DNA from: Ascidiella aspersa
Taxonomy: Eukaryota
Direction of reading: 5' to 3'
Assembly: GCA_963924565.1 (NCBI GenBank)
Contig: OZ004610.1
Location: 28,334,001-28,398,000 of the forward strand
Length of the DNA: 64,000 nucleotides
Both the position numbers and the translations under genes were made by a program. A model generated the notes under the pieces. It was not told the DNA's origin. It did not search any database and saw only the letters and a list, made by a program, of their open reading frames with translations. Position 1 is the stretch's first letter. Every line of letters starts with the position of its first letter. Below, in pieces: positions 1 to 15,100 of the stretch.

Positions 1-605
1 ATTTCAGCCATTGTTCAACACAACTTGTAGGATCATTTATTTTCGAAAATGCTAGACTAGATTAAAAGTGCATAAAGCAACGGTATACCGGTATCTTTCC
101 CAAACAAATGCAAAATTATTTTCACCAAAGTTTCTTTTAAAAATAGCCAAGTTGGACTCCTGATGCCAGGAATTACTAGTTGAAATATTTGGAATTATCT
201 GGAAAATTCTTTTTCCTGCGATTGTTTTAATAGCTGTGTTAAGTTAAACAAGCTTTAGCGTTATTTTTAAAGAGATGTGATTGCGTTTTTTTGAAAGGTA
301 CTTTCAGCCGCGAAAATTTTAAAGTCAGTTAAAAAAAATAAACTGGCAAAAGCGTACATTGGAAATATTTCATTTATTTTACCACTACAAAGCTCAGTTT
401 ATAAACTTATAGGGTAACATGTGTTTTAGTGTTTTAATTTTACACCTACTACCTTTTCTCTAAGGTTTTTGAAAGGTAGTATTTTTCCTACAGAATTTGG
501 CATCTATTTTACGACTCCCAAGCTCAGTTTATAGACTCACAGGTTAAAACTTGTTTTAGTGTTTCAATTTACAGCTACTAACCTTACTCGCCTTTTGATT
601 GACAG

Positions 606-3600
606 CTACAAGGGCGACCAGTGCCAGATTGACATTCGCGAGTGCAACTCCAACCCGTGCCAGAACGGTGGCAGGTGCTACGAACCCGAACCTGCCATGT
701 ACAGGTGCCAGTGCCCACGTGGCTACGAAGGAGATAACTGCGAAATCGGTAAGATTTGAGATGACTTGCTTTAATTTTGAAACATCACACTTTTATCAAC
801 CTTTGGTTAAATAATCGCGGTTGCCAAAATATCGGAGCAGGTTTTGCAGCTTTGGGGTCTAAACCCTCATCAGATAACTCTGAATCAGGGCTGAGGAATC
901 GGAGTCGGACTCGGGACTCGTGACTCGACGGAGTCGGTTTTGTTTTGCCGAAGACGGACGGGACTCGAGTAAGACCGCGTAAAACTACCCGAGTCTGTAC
1001 TCGGGACTCGACAAAATCTTACATTTGGTCGGAGTCGGACTCGGGACTCGGGAGTCGGACTCGGGTATATTTTTTTGGTCGGAGTCGGACTCGAGTTGTT
1101 TTAACCGACTTCGCAGCACAGCTCTGAATAGCTTTAAACATCGCACTTTTGTTTTTCAATCTATAGGTAAATTTTTGCCAACTACGAAACAACCGACCCA
1201 GGTTCATCAAAATAGGGGGTGTTTAGCTTGTGCGGCCCTCTCATTATGACGTAACACAGGCAAACAAAGGGCGGCCAGTGGTGCAATTAAACGACGAGCG
1301 GTCATTATTACGCGCGATGCTTAACGCCGTGTTTGTGCTTCTGGAGGGAAAAGGTGCAGTTGCCTTTTCGTATTTTGGCATTTTTTCACTATCGTCAAAT
1401 AAATCGTTGACTAACTTTGGTTGGCTATTGCAGTTTTATCTTTTAAAATTCTAAACTGTAAGTCTTGTACCACTGTTTGCATTCTTCAACTTTTATCTGA
1501 TCAAGCATAATTGTACGAAAGCTTGTCGAATTTCGTAAGGCAATACGTCTTTCAGCAGCGCCACCAAATTCATATGTCAAGGAATTTTTTTGTTGAGTTT
1601 ATAAACTAGCGGACAACTAAATTTGACTAGAAATAAAACAAATTGAGTTTTGAGCAGGTGTTCGTTTTTTAGCCGAAAACCGTTATGATTATGGCTATAG
1701 GGTAATCACTCAGTATTGCACCAAATTTTTGTTTTAAGGAATTTCGTGTTTTTGTTTGGCACACATGCTTGCTTGTACCATGCGAGTCTATAAACACCCC
1801 GATAAATTCGAAAAAAAATTAGATTTTAGTAGTGCATCAAAGTTTTGAAACAGTTTTCTTACTTTGGAAGCCACATGAGCGTGAATATTCATGTGGTAAC
1901 TATAAATACACCTAAAGTAAGAATAGTATTATAAATTTTACAAAAGTGTTAGTTTACATATACGAAGCCATGCTATTTCTCAAGATTGTTAAGCTGGCTT
2001 CTCTACAATCCAGGTGTAACCAACTTATGTTGATTGCCATCTACAGAAATATTTTTAAAAACTCTCGATCGAATGGTTTGGTAAAAAAGTCACAAGAACA
2101 CTAATTAAACACTTTGAGCGTTAATTGCATTCCAAGCCAGCGATGGAGGTTAATTTGTTATGTCAAAGAACTCGTTATTAAGCTTGTCCAGACAACAATA
2201 GGTCATTTTAATGTTCCGCTTGTGTGCGACAGCTACTATAATGACGTAACACATGTTTGACGCGGTAGACCAGGTGTAATGTGGCGATCGACGTGTTAGC
2301 TTCCCCTGTAATAAGAGGCGCCCACAGAAAATTATCCATTGGGGCAGCAATATGAATATATACACATAATTTAACTTTAGTACCAGTACCTATAATATTA
2401 ATATGTACATACGATTTCATATCAGTGGAAATTTATATACAAATCAACGTTATTCCATTAGTAACTTAGTAAAACTGATATACATTTGGACAGTCAAAAA
2501 CAAATTGAACTTTTCCCATTTGTTAATCTTTCTTTTCCACAAAGTCGACAACCCACTTCATACTTTTTTTTAAATATTTCGCAGGCGACGGAGTCCAAGA
2601 AGAAGAAGAAGAAGACAAAGAGGAAGCCAAAGACGAAGGAGCAAAAGATGAAGAGGAGGGAGCGGCAGGAGGAAGCAAGCAGGAGCAGTCGGCTCCTCCC
2701 AACCCGTGCGACTCGCATCCGTGCAAGAACGGGGGAACTTGCATCTCGGGAAGCGGGGAAGATGAGTACGACTGCCAATGCAAGGAGTTCTACGAAGGAG
2801 ACAACTGCGAGATTGGTAGGAAGCGGTCGATGATTTAATTATGTGCATGTTGCTATTGCGGGAAAAGTATGTGGTCAGCCCAAAAACATTCTCCATATCT
2901 TATATTGCTTTTTTAACACTTGAATTCGTCTTTGGTACAGAAATTCTGCAATGGTAGAGCTAGAATTCGGATATTGTAGAAGCCAGTGTTACCAATTTAG
3001 CTTTTAACACAGTGCTGTGTTACGTATTTGCAATATGTCAAGCACAGCTGCCGACAATAGAAGATCTTTCTGTTTACTTTTTTTTATTGCTTTTACTTAT
3101 TATTATATATATTGAATCTCAAGTTGCGTTTTACGGCTTAATTCTAAGATTGTTAGTTTAAGCTACAAAACAAATAATACGACACCATGCCTTCAGCGAT
3201 AAATGTACAAACAATAGAACAGTTTTTACCAATTTTTTATATGCATTTACTGGTACATTCATGACCGAATTTCTTTCTGTTTACATTAAACTGTTTTATG
3301 TGCGCTTAAGTTTTAATGGGCCTTTACCAGTTGAGACCCACGGCTCTACAAATCAAGAAAAATAAATGTGAGCATAATGCTAACGCCCTTAGTTTAATCT
3401 GAAGAAATGGGTCTTTATACTCACCCCTAAATCGTGGTAGACCGCGGGTAACACATATACTGCATCTGTGTTGGGCAGGGCTGCGGAGTCGGAATAGGGA
3501 CTCGGGACTCGGGACTCGGTGGAGTCGGTTTATATTGCTGGATTTGGATCCGGGACTTATACTATATAAGTACTATATTTTGGATCCGGGACAATACTAT

Positions 3601-6185
3601 ATAAGTCCAAATGCCGACGTACGTACGCGCGCCGCCGAGTTTCAAAACTGACAAGGCCGTAAACTGTAAATTGGAAATATGGCATAGCATATGATGGAAT
3701 TTTTCCCATTCATGTTTCGTGTGTGGTAGATTTATATAACAGCCCTATGAATGAATTGTTGTATATTCACCCTATTGTAATAACAAAAATGGGTGAGATA
3801 AAGGCTGTAAAGTCGAAGACGGGGCGTTAGACTCGATAAACACGGCCGAAAAGTCGAACTCGGTACTCGAAAGTCGCACTCCGGTTATTGTTAATCGACT
3901 CCACGGCCCTGACTGTAGGCATGTAACAAAACACCAAGAAAATCGAATATCTTCTCTTAGAAACCGGGTGCAAGAATCCGGGTATTCCCCAAATCGACGA
4001 AAGCAAGCGTTTCGCGTCGAGGTCAAGAGTTCAGATCTCGTGCGACGATGGTTTTAACTTGGAAGGCGAGGACGTGCTGACTTGCCACGACGATGGATCG
4101 TGGTCCCACGACATGCCGGAGTGCGTCGGTGAGTGTGAAGAAGTTGGGTGAAAGTGGGGTAAGCACCTACTCAGGGGGTTACAGGTTTCACGTGAGGTCG
4201 TGAACTGGTTAAATACCTTTTTCCTGCGTTGTTTTGTTTTATTTCGAAACGATATGAAGTCGTTTGGTTTAAAACGTTATTTACAAATTCGGAACAATTT
4301 TAGATTACTGTTTATGAAAAAATTGGGGTGAAGGTAGGGGAAGCAACTAATCAGGGGGTGATAGGGTTTCACGTGAGGTAGTGAACCCATTAAAAGGATC
4401 ACTACTCGTCCGATACTAGGGTGGTATTGGTGCCGTAACCAAATTTATGCATAAATTTCAGGCACGATTTTTAATTCAACGTAGCAATTTGTGCCTTAAA
4501 ATTTAGAATATAGAAGATACTATAGTTTAACAACATGGTAACTAAACTTCTTAACTTTAAAGCAAATTCTAGCCCAATAACCTGAAAAAACTACATTTGA
4601 ACGGTTCAATTCACATATTTTGCTTGTCAGGGCACTGTAGTGACGTAATTTGGTATCGTATCGCGATATCGGGCGAGTAACGGTACTAACACTTAGCATC
4701 TGGTATCGGCGCCAACGTTATATCATCGGTCATCCTTAATCATAAGCCCTATATTTTGCGAAAAATCAGAAATGAAAATATAAAAATTGTACACTCCGTA
4801 AAGATGATTATAAAATACTTGTCTGGAACCCTAATATGAAGAGTGAGGCCCATTTGTTTTTTGCCAGAAAATTTTTCCATAGCTATCTATATTCTGATAT
4901 TGGTCATTATATGGCTTAACGTTTACTGGAGGGCATTTGTGAAATATATGCGGTATCGATCTCGGTATGGGATATCCCTGCTAATAATGGTTGAAACACT
5001 TTGCAAAACGTTTGCAATTGAAATACGTTTACAATTTAATTTGGCTTTCCAACAGTTTAAATCACTTTCCGTGTTTATAGTAAAATATGGGATTATTTTT
5101 CAGGCGATCCCGCTTCCGCCGCGGCAAGGCAGAAACAGGAAGGCGGAAATTCCAGTTGGCAAACCGCAGTGGTCGGCCTCGGGGTGGCGCTAGGGATCGT
5201 TGCCACGCTCTACGGAGTTTGGCTCATCCAGGATAAGTAAGTACATGCTGAATTATTATATTTGACTTCAATTTTGTGTCATATTGATGTTTTAAGTGGG
5301 TTTAAGGCAGGAATTTAATTAAAAAGTAATACCATTTTAATTATCACATTGAGATGTTAATTCAGCCTTCATATATTTCATATAACTTTAAGTTACGAGC
5401 CCTAACGGGGTCCCCAGGTTTAGAATCCCTGGTTCAAGGGTTAATCTTTTTCTTTGACGTTACTGACCATTCGTTCAATCGTATCTTTGTGACATACAAC
5501 TAAGTACGATAGATTAAGTTTTTTGTTTTAGAGTAATAAAGAGTTAGGGGTCTAAAAAAATCAATGGCTTGTAAACCATGAACCCCCCCTCCCCCCCCTA
5601 AAAATGATAAAAATTAAAAACAGGAAAAATAAAAATCCTGTAAAAATAAAAATAAACATAAATAGATTAAACAAAATGCTTTCAATTTTAAGCCATTTCA
5701 TTATTTATGCTCACAGCCCACTATATTCCAGCTACATTCATTTTAGTTTCTTCTAAAAAAACACCACAAAAATAGCAACACACTTTTTTTAAAGCCTCGT
5801 GGTAGCTTAATATATTAATACACGCTATAGGATATCAGCAATACACGCTATAGGATATACTTTTCCAATATTTTTTTCAGCTCTGTAACTTTCTTTTACC
5901 AATTTTAGTAGAGATGTTCCTATACCCTCACCTTTTTTGCTTAAGTATAAACTGTCCAAAACTTCACTCGTGACCCGCGCGTTATATGTCTTCTCACCGT
6001 AATGTGCTTCAAGGCCCTGGTTGCAAGTGGGCTCGGGCGGAACGGCGCCGGGTGCAGGTCTCAAGGCCAACATGAACAAGGCCGACACGATATCGATCAG
6101 CACTTACAACATATCAAGTGACGAATCAGACGAAGACGAACGACCGACAAAGTACTCCTCCAATAACTACATTGACGTGCCTTGA
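606..6185 (+). CDS. 3' part of a type I membrane protein: EGF - acidic linker - EGF - sushi/CCP - TM - Tyr-containing tail (5' exons lie upstream of the window)
   Basis: Phase-compatible GT-AG exons: 606-748 ([36 protein letters not shown]), 2585-2815 (E-rich linker + [25 protein letters not shown]), 3961-4128 (sushi, [36 protein letters not shown]), 5104-5236 ([24 protein letters not shown]), 6014-6185 (tail ending [19 protein letters not shown]). Confidence 0.88.
886..1121. mobile_element. hAT-type MITE with internal (gactcg)n repeats
   Basis: Perfect 8-bp TSD ctctgaat (878-885 and 1122-1129); imperfect TIRs related to cagggctgcggagtcgg. Second copy at 3476-3911. Confidence 0.8.
3476..3911. 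mobile_element. hAT-type MITE, same family as 886-1121
   Basis: Begins cagggctgcggagtcgg, ends cgactccacggccctg; gactcg repeats; internal ~30-bp duplication at 3543-3606. Confidence 0.7.
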
Positions 6186-9100
6186 CCGGGAAACGATTTA
6201 ACTTGGAAATTCGGCTTCGTGGAAGTCGACTTATATTGAGCTTGTTTCTATTTCGCGTTTTCTTGTACATATTTTATATATATGTTGGGCGTTTTTTCAG
6301 TTCTGCAGAGTATAAGGTGTACAGCATGATTTTAGAAAGCTCTTAAATGTGTTTTTTCACAACACGGGACCATTTTAATGCACAATATATTGCAAGGAGT
6401 TTAAGAAGGATGAAGTATTTTCCATGCTTTAATGTTCAATGGGTCTCAGGGCATCAACCCACTGTACATTTTTGTTCATGGTTCGGGGGATTGGTCCATA
6501 TTAAACTTCTACAAACTTAATAACCCGAAAAACGTTATATGACATTTGTAGGTGCACGGTATTACGCGATAGGTGAGGCCAAATGTAACCTCATCATATT
6601 TTTGTGTGTAGACTTACAAACTTAGTACCACGAACCCCTATGATTAGCTTTGTTATTTTACGTTTATTGTACAAGTAGCTGCAACGCGATGTTTTTTCAT
6701 TTAAATCGACTTTTCGTAGCAGATTTAGAAAGTTTATAACGACGTTACAGATTTTTAAAGTATTTACCAAAGATTCACATACTGCTATCTTTTCCACTTT
6801 AACAAGCGTGATTGCCTTGTCAAAAACCATAACCATTAACCATATAACGCAAAAAGTATAGCGAGAACAAATACCATTGGTTTGATATGCTAAAGTGTTA
6901 TTTTGACCTCGTAAATTTGTACTACATTGCTTACAAAATCGAGTCGGATTAAAAACGCTGCATTTAAACATTATACCAACCCCGTGTAGGGCGAGATATC
7001 TATGATAAAACATTTGTTATCGTCTCGGTGTTACGTAGTGTTAAACATCTTTATGCTTAAAGGAACTAATCAAAACGTGGGAGTAGCGCTGTTTGCACAA
7101 CCGCGAATCTTATATTAAGATGACACTGGTGTTTAATTAATTTTAACGGGTTACGTTCTAAAATAATAGACTTATCATTGCCTTTTTCTCGCCTTGAAGT
7201 TGTGAGACAATTATATAGAATCATCACATTTTAATTTGGATTGTTTCAGCTATGGAATCACAAAGTTGGTAAGCTGTTGGATGAACTAAGGAAAATTGCC
7301 TACAAGCACTACAACCAGTAAAATACTTTTCATCCGATGTAGCAATATAAACATCACATGTTAACGGTGTAAGATGAACACTGAACATGGTAAAGACAAC
7401 AGAGACCGCAAAACTTGAAGTAGATAACCAGAAAGTGCTTACGGGACTCAGTGAATGAGTGGTTGACGCACGAACACGTTAGTGAATTGGGGAAAACGTA
7501 AACATATTTACTCGGATGGGCTTCGTACTTCTTTAAGACAGTTACCCTACGCCATATTTAAATTGAAGCTAATCGTTAAAAATGTTCACTGGTTTTTGTG
7601 ACAAATTTCCTGAATTGGACGAACCGAAATCATTAGTTGTTCTACAACCTTAAATTATTGGTCAATATTTAATTATATAGCTTCAATTCACGATAGCCGA
7701 TCGTTAACATGAAAAGAAAATATAGCTAATGAAGTAATACAACTTGCAAAATATTACAAATTGATCAATGACAATAACTTCATAACAAATAAGTTGAAAT
7801 TTCCCCTATGCAGGAGCCGAAACGAGTTTTGTTCCCTTTAAGAAATAATTACATTATTGCTTTACAGTATGTTTTACGACATATGAAATGCATGCTATCC
7901 GTAAAAGAAATGTATACTATTTTTATGAATTTTACCTTCGGAAACCACATAATAGGTTTATGTAACCTAACCATTGGTTTTAGTCCACCATTTGTATTTG
8001 TCAACACCATACCGTGGGATGTTATTTTGTTCAAAATATGATTAATTTTATTGTGTACTATACATTTACAAAGCAGATCCTATTATTTTAACTGTATAAT
8101 TATGATTATGAATGTACTTCTCGGGTGAACGGAATCAATTGCACAACATTGCGCAAGGCTAAATGCCTAAAAGAGGTTTATTTCTTCCAAAAGTGAATTG
8201 TGCGAAAGCGCTGATTGTTGATCGAAGCGCCACTCGCTTTAAACGAAATCAAATCGCGCCTCAATCAAAGAGATGTCCGTGCGTTTGTTTCGCGAGGATT
8301 TTCAAAGGGCCAAGATTCGGCAACATTCTGGAAAGCTCTCATGTAACCTCTAACCGCGGGCCTGCTCGGTCAGCGCCTTCCCAAATCAAGGATCACTCGA
8401 CGACGGACTCGCTTTGTTCGCCGCTAACTGGTCACCTTCTCGACTTGGGACTTCAGCTGGATGTTTTCGACTTGTAACAGGCCACTTCGAGATTGCGAGA
8501 AAGCGAGAAAGCGGTTGGCCCCAATTACGCTAGCAAACAAGGCGAGGGGCACACAGGAGAGGCCAAAACGTGTGATTGAATATTTTCAAGTTAAGAAACA
8601 ACCACAAACAAAGAGGAGTTTGGCGACCTGGCGAGCAAAGCGCTCTCAAAAGTGAGAGTTTCAGTTCCGGAGTTTGTTTGGAGGTTGTCGTTGGAAAAAA
8701 AACGTTAATTATATAGACAGATATTCGTGGGAAGTTAATCCTTGGTCGTATGTCATGCAGTAGGCGGCGTTTTAGGCCCGATCTGTGATGTTTTAGCAAT
8801 AAAAGTTGTGATGTACTAGCAACAAAAGGTGTTTTGTTTTATAGAGAGAATAAGTTTGGGGCGTTTTACAGCGAAATATTTACCAAATTATTTTATACTT
8901 CCAGTAAACAAATAGTTTGCACCTGCCGAATTTGCTAAGATTTGCAACTTTAACCTACATTAAGGACAAGTCGAATAATTTAACTCGTTAGCGCTAAGGG
9001 TTATGTTAAATTTCCGTTAAAAGGCTACATTATTGATTAACGGCATATTTTTACAACGCTGAATGTTGCATATCAGCAAGTTTTATTTGCTTTTGTAGAA

Positions 9101-9193
9101 CATCGAATTGTTTAGTATTTGCCTACATGGCAAAAAGATAAAAATATAGAAAGTCTTTAAAATGTTCGTTTACTTGTTGATGCAAAGAATATC

Positions 9194-12100
9194 ATGAAAC
9201 GGAAAACAGTCTCTCATTATTTGTTGCCACTTGCCTTTCTTCTGTGCATTCGCATCTTCGTGGGTAAGTAGAAAATTTGGTTTTAATTACTCATACTGGA
9301 TAGGATAGGGCGTTACAATACGTCCGTTCTCCTTTATTGACAAACATTCTGGCTTCATTTTAACATTCTAAATTTGTATTACATTTAGAAATTAATACTC
9401 GGAGTTTGTTTTCAATTCTGGCTATTTACGATCGCCAGAACTCGTAACACATAGGTACAATAAACACACTTACCCTCATTGGACTAATTGGCATGCATAA
9501 AATTTTAAATTGTTATTAGACCAAAGACCAATACTGGGACGATAATATCGGGTATCTCATTCGGTACATTTGTATAAAAAGTGTATAAAAACGGCGCTTT
9601 TGTTTGTAAAAGTGAAATGTTTCGTATTTTGGGGTAACCTGTTTATAGTTATAACCTTATAAAGGGCAATCCAGCATCATTGATGTCTCGCAAAAGCGAA
9701 AATGTGCAAAAAGATAAGTTGACCACCTTTCGTGTTTTAAAGGGGTTGTTCCACCTATCAACGACCTTTCCTGGCCATGTATAACTTTTTTTGAAAATAA
9801 ACTATTTTGTTGAAATTAAGTTATTTATCAATTTATAATGTCAAAGATTATATTAACCAAAAAAATAAAACCTAGCGCAAACTATTGATTTTTACGTATA
9901 GGGTGATTAAACATATAATAATCCAAGAAAGACGCAATAATACTACACTTGTATTAAATATTCTAAACTCAACATAACGTCAGAAATCTGCTCGGGTATA
10001 CCTCCCGAAATACTTATACGCGACCTTGGTGGAACGTGTCTCAAGTTTCGAACAACTGCTGGTTTAACGCAATTCCCAACATTATACTTTTAATGTAGTT
10101 CATCTTCTTAGTTGTAAATTTTACAAACTAAACAAAATTAATGACACCAATGATCTGGTTCCTAAGTGACATTACTATTATGCTTAAACAAGCAAAATAG
10201 ATAGAATTGAAACGTTCAAAGGTAACTTGATACGCATCTCCAGTTGTTTCCTACTATTTGGAGCATGATGGTTGGAGATTGTAGTAAGACGTAATAAGAA
10301 TATCAAAGCCCATACAGAAGTAGGTATCATTTTTAGCCTCTATGTTGAAAATGAATAAAGAGTTATTCGCAACGTTCAAAATGATACCTACTTCTCTTTT
10401 GATAAACTTTTAGTTCCCATCCTTACGCTTTAACGTTTTTGTCTCCAAATGACAGGCAAAGCTCAGGAAGACTGTGGTGGGGTCCTTACAGCGACCTGGG
10501 GCTACATAATGAGCCCGGGGTACCCTGTGAATGGCCAGGAGGACGCCAGGTACCCCCCAAGTGTTGACTGCACTTGGACCGTCCCTGGGGAATCGGATAC
10601 TTTACAAAGGGTGAGGTTAAATTATAAAATATATTTTTTTTCACGTTGCAACGAAACTAGATGTGGTAGCCTTGTTTGCCAACATGAAACTAAATGTCAT
10701 GAAAGTCAAACCCAGTCCATAAGGCAGTTGTTTTCACAACAATTTGAATGTCACAACACTACTTACGCTGCAAATAAGTCATTTTAAATGACCTAAAAAG
10801 TCCCAGTCAAGTTGTTAAAGTCTAAATTAATTCAAGTCATTTGTAAAATCAAGTATTTTGTGACAAAGTCAAGTCTCAGTCAAGTCATAATTGGAGCAAG
10901 AAAAGTCATTAACTCCGTTTCATACAAAATTAAAAATTAAACTAAAAAAATGAAAGTTCAATTATGAGCAATAACATACATACAACAAAAAGGCAACATT
11001 TAGCACGAAAAATGTAGGCCTATTATGGGCAAAAATAATGATAAACAACCCAATTTATAAAATAATGCGTAAATTTGTGTTTTTTATGTTACTTTTAAGA
11101 AAAAATATCAAAGCCTTTATATTTCGAAAAAAGGTCCTTTATACTTCGCCTTCTTTCCTTTACTTTTGTTCTCTTTTCTAGTTTTTTTTATCGCTTTTAT
11201 CATCACTTGAACTCTTACACTGATAATGGCATGGGATATTGCCGAAACATTTTTGAACAACGAAATGTCGATTTTATCTAACATTATTGCTTTTGATATT
11301 TTTATTGAAACTAATAAGAACGCCTGTATATTGTGTTCCAAAATAAGGTTACATTTTTTTATTGTAAATGCGCTTTTTTGATTTCCACATTGAGATATAA
11401 CCGTTGTAACAAATTGAAACAACTTATATTTGAAAACTTTGAAACATAAAGGTTGGAGGTTGGAGTAAGACGTAACAAGAATATCAAAGCCCATACAGAA
11501 GTATAGGTAGCATTTTAAATAACATTTCATTTGTTTTCAACATCAAGATAGTTTGAATACATCACGATGTTAAAAATGAACAAAGAGTCATTCGAAATTT
11601 CAAAAAGATAGCTACTCTTGCATGAGCTTTTATATTCTTATTACGTACATTTATAAAGTTGCGTTTCTTCGACCTTTCCATCGAACCTGGTGAAAACAAC
11701 TCCAACATAACGTGCGATTACGACTATCTCAACGTTAGTCTGCCCTCCATCGGGTGGACAAAGTATTGCGGGTAAGTCCTGAGTTACTCAGTTAATTGTA
11801 TTTACTTGGGTACACGATCTGTAATGTAGCTTGGTAATAAATTGCAAAGTGTCAAATCTACTCAACATTTTTGGATTTGCAATTTATCATCAAGCTAATT
11901 GTATTTACGTTTTAAACTTTTATTTCATTTGTTCTGTGGTTCAAACGGCGCCTGTCCTTGTCGTTTTATGCAAGCTCTAAAAAGGGGTTGGTAATAGTGA
12001 AGACATATGAAAGTATGTAGAAAACTATTGTGTTGACACTTTCAATAAATCTTTTTTCTACTTTTTTTAAATGTTACAAAAGCTCTGGCGAAATGTACTG

Positions 12101-15100
12101 ATAATTCTTTTTTAAACCATTCGGTCTGATTGATCTACGCGCCAAAATCAAAGCGTCTTAACGATTTCCGGAATATCATTAATCAGGCAAAGCCAAGTGA
12201 GCGTTTTCCCACTTAGATTTACTCTTCACACGCATCTTAAACGAGAAGAAACGCCAAAGAATTTGTTACTTTGTATCGTCTAGTAGGCCTGCCAACTCTT
12301 AAGTAGGCTTGTTTTTGCAGCTGGGTGCTTGTTTCTTGGCCTGAGTGCTTCGATGGCGTTAGGTACAACGACAACTTGTCGCTCATTTGGTTGAGGGATA
12401 AATTCAGGGGTGAACGTTGAATAATTTTCTTACTGTAGCGCATTACTTTTTTAAGAGATGACGTCACAACGTTGCGTCATAACAGGACGCTTAAAACATG
12501 TTACCTTTGTAAACTTTAGGTTCTCGTTCTATGTATAGTGCACAAATACATGCAACTGAAATCTTTGTTTAAATACATTGAAGGAGATGGCGTAAAATGT
12601 AATGGTCTGGTAAAAAACGAACAAAACAAAAAACATTTTTTAGCAGTACGACGTACATGAAAATTATATTTATACAAAACAGTCTGGCATACTTTCATCA
12701 CTGTCAATATTTGTCTAGTGACGCAACCTTCAGCGTCTTTAAGTTATATTTTAACTTTTATCGAAATGTTTAACAACGATTTACAAAAATCTGGCCCGAA
12801 ATCATTTAGAATCTAGATTAACGCATTTGCTTAAACGGCGCTTGGTCCAAATGTATTAAACACAATTTGCTTCGATGGGCCTGACAAAAAAAGAAAAAAA
12901 AAACATTAGGATAAATTTAATCTGTGAGCTTTTTTCTCGATTTCAATTAAGTTTACGTTAATTAAAAAAATGCTTTTTTCGTGTATGTTTTTCAGACTTA
13001 AATGATTGAGAATTTGCTTTTAAATCATAGAAACCTAACTTACTCTTTGGTGTTTACTCACGGTAAACTTTACGGTTTTAAACCGGCAACACTATATCTG
13101 AGCGCCAAATATTTTGAAAACATTTTTCGTAATGTTGACATCTTCGAACGTCCTTGTTTTAATGTGTCAAATCAACCGATTAAAAAAACTGGAAGTTGTG
13201 TTTTTGCTATCGTTACCAATTTTCTTACTACTTGTCAGACTATTACGTAAAACAATTGCCTTCATCAGTGTTTCTCGGACTTTTATGGTTAGGGGCACCT
13301 TTCAGAAATAACAAATATATTATCATAATAAATGTTAACTGGAACAACTCACATCAACTCTACACAGCGTGGAAAGTTATAATTGAATTTATTCTACTCT
13401 AATCTTTCACAACAAGTTGCAAGAGTTAAGCAAAAATAAGACTCTTAACGATTTCCAAATATCTCTCGGCACCCTCGAGGCTTCGAAATGGGTACTGCGT
13501 CACCCGGTTGAGAACCACTGGCCTATATATTTAACCCTAGCAGCAACTATGCTTACCGTTTTATCGCTGTTACTATTTGCATCCCAGCTCATTCAGGCCC
13601 CCTATGGTCTCGGGTTTGGGAGAGCTGACCCTCCATTTCCACAGCGACGAGTCGGTAAACTACCGAGGATTCCGGCTTGGATACCAAAGTACGTGATTTT
13701 ATTTTTTTTTTCGGTTCAATGTATAGTGGAGTGTCCAAGGTTGTAGGTATCTTCTATTGATATAAGTTAGGTTGATCCCCTGTGGACCGAATTCGGGTAG
13801 AATCCTACATTTTTTCCCCTAATTACATAAAAAATGTTAGTAATTACATTCAGCTCCCGAGCATAGTGGTTGGAGATTGTAGTAAGACGTAATAAGAATA
13901 ACACAGCCCATAAATTACATAAGTAGGTATGTTGAAAATGAATAAAGTGTTATTCGAAACGTCAAATGATATCTACTTCTGTATGGGCTTTGATACTCTT
14001 ATTACATTCAACTCAATTACAAACTAAATATGTAAAAAAGAAGATATCTCCTCGCCCCAATGCACGTTAATGACGACAATGACTTCGAATGGTAGGAAAA
14101 ATATTCGTTTTTTAGATTCGTTTTTTGGACACTGATGATGCCGTGATTGGCGAAATATATTTCTCTTTTATAAACTAGAACCTATAGTGACTGATTTTGA
14201 CTGAGACAAGAAAGTCTATACTGTTTTACATTCAACTCAATTACAAATTACAGTTGATTTATGTGGGCAGCATAACTTAAGCCAACAAATACCATCATTC
14301 ACAAACCTTTTACCGCCACTGGTTGAAAGAGTTCTAATAGCGTTTGAACAAAACGTTTTTCCGCATTTAAAAAAAAGGCTTTTAAATGAAAATAAATACA
14401 CCTGGATAATCATATTTCTGATACAGAGCAAGACAAATACAATCCATGCGCGGCACTGCCCTGCAAACAAAATGGAGATTGTTCGGCCAGCCAGGATGGC
14501 ATCAATTACATCTGCAGCTGCCATGCTGGGTCTGTATAGTAATTATTACTGATTTTAGCCTTGTTTTCGCTTCTTTTGACGAGTTCTTTTGAAGAGTTGT
14601 CTTTGTATCCTGAAACGTATTTCGTCGAGGTTTACCCATGAGTTTTACTCAGGGGTGTCCAACAAGCGGCACGCGTGCCAAATGTGACACGCGACCTAAT
14701 AAAAAATGGCACGCAAGCCCTCCCCCAAAAACTAAAATTGTTATTTAGCCAATTGCAAAAAAGCTCAATTTGCTATTCAGCTAATTGTCAGAAAATTCTA
14801 AGTTTGTCATTCAGCCAATTGTCATTGTTTGTTCACAATATAAAACAATCGCGGCAATCACGAAAACCAACAATTACTTTTGATATAGTAACATTGTACT
14901 GTGTGGAGGCTAGCATTCACATAACTATATAGCTTGGTGTGAAGAAACAAAAGTTAGCTCACCGAGAGACACTTTGATGTAGTGATGCGCATTTCTACTA
15001 GACGGTTTGTTTTTTTAAGTTGAAATAAACGTTCTTATTTTTTGTAAAAAAGCGCTTTTATGATTAAAAAGAATTGGTTCGGTTACGAAACTTTGGCACG

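Noticed and set aside
886-1121. Regularly spaced gactcg repeats suggesting a CRISPR-like array
   Set aside because: Eukaryotic context, no unique spacers, bounded by TIRs and an 8-bp TSD, so it is a MITE.
2486-2833. Lys/Arg-rich ORF in the supplied track
   Set aside because: Wrong frame of the Glu-rich linker/EGF exon 2585-2815.
6014-6185. ITIM/ITAM call for the gene 1 tail
   Set aside because: NNYIDV lacks the hydrophobic or Ser residue at Y-2 and there is no paired YxxL spacing; only a YxxPhi motif is supported.
13240-13272. Minus-strand ctgatgaaggc hammerhead-like start
   Set aside because: Helix II 3' strand and GAAA are not recognisable.
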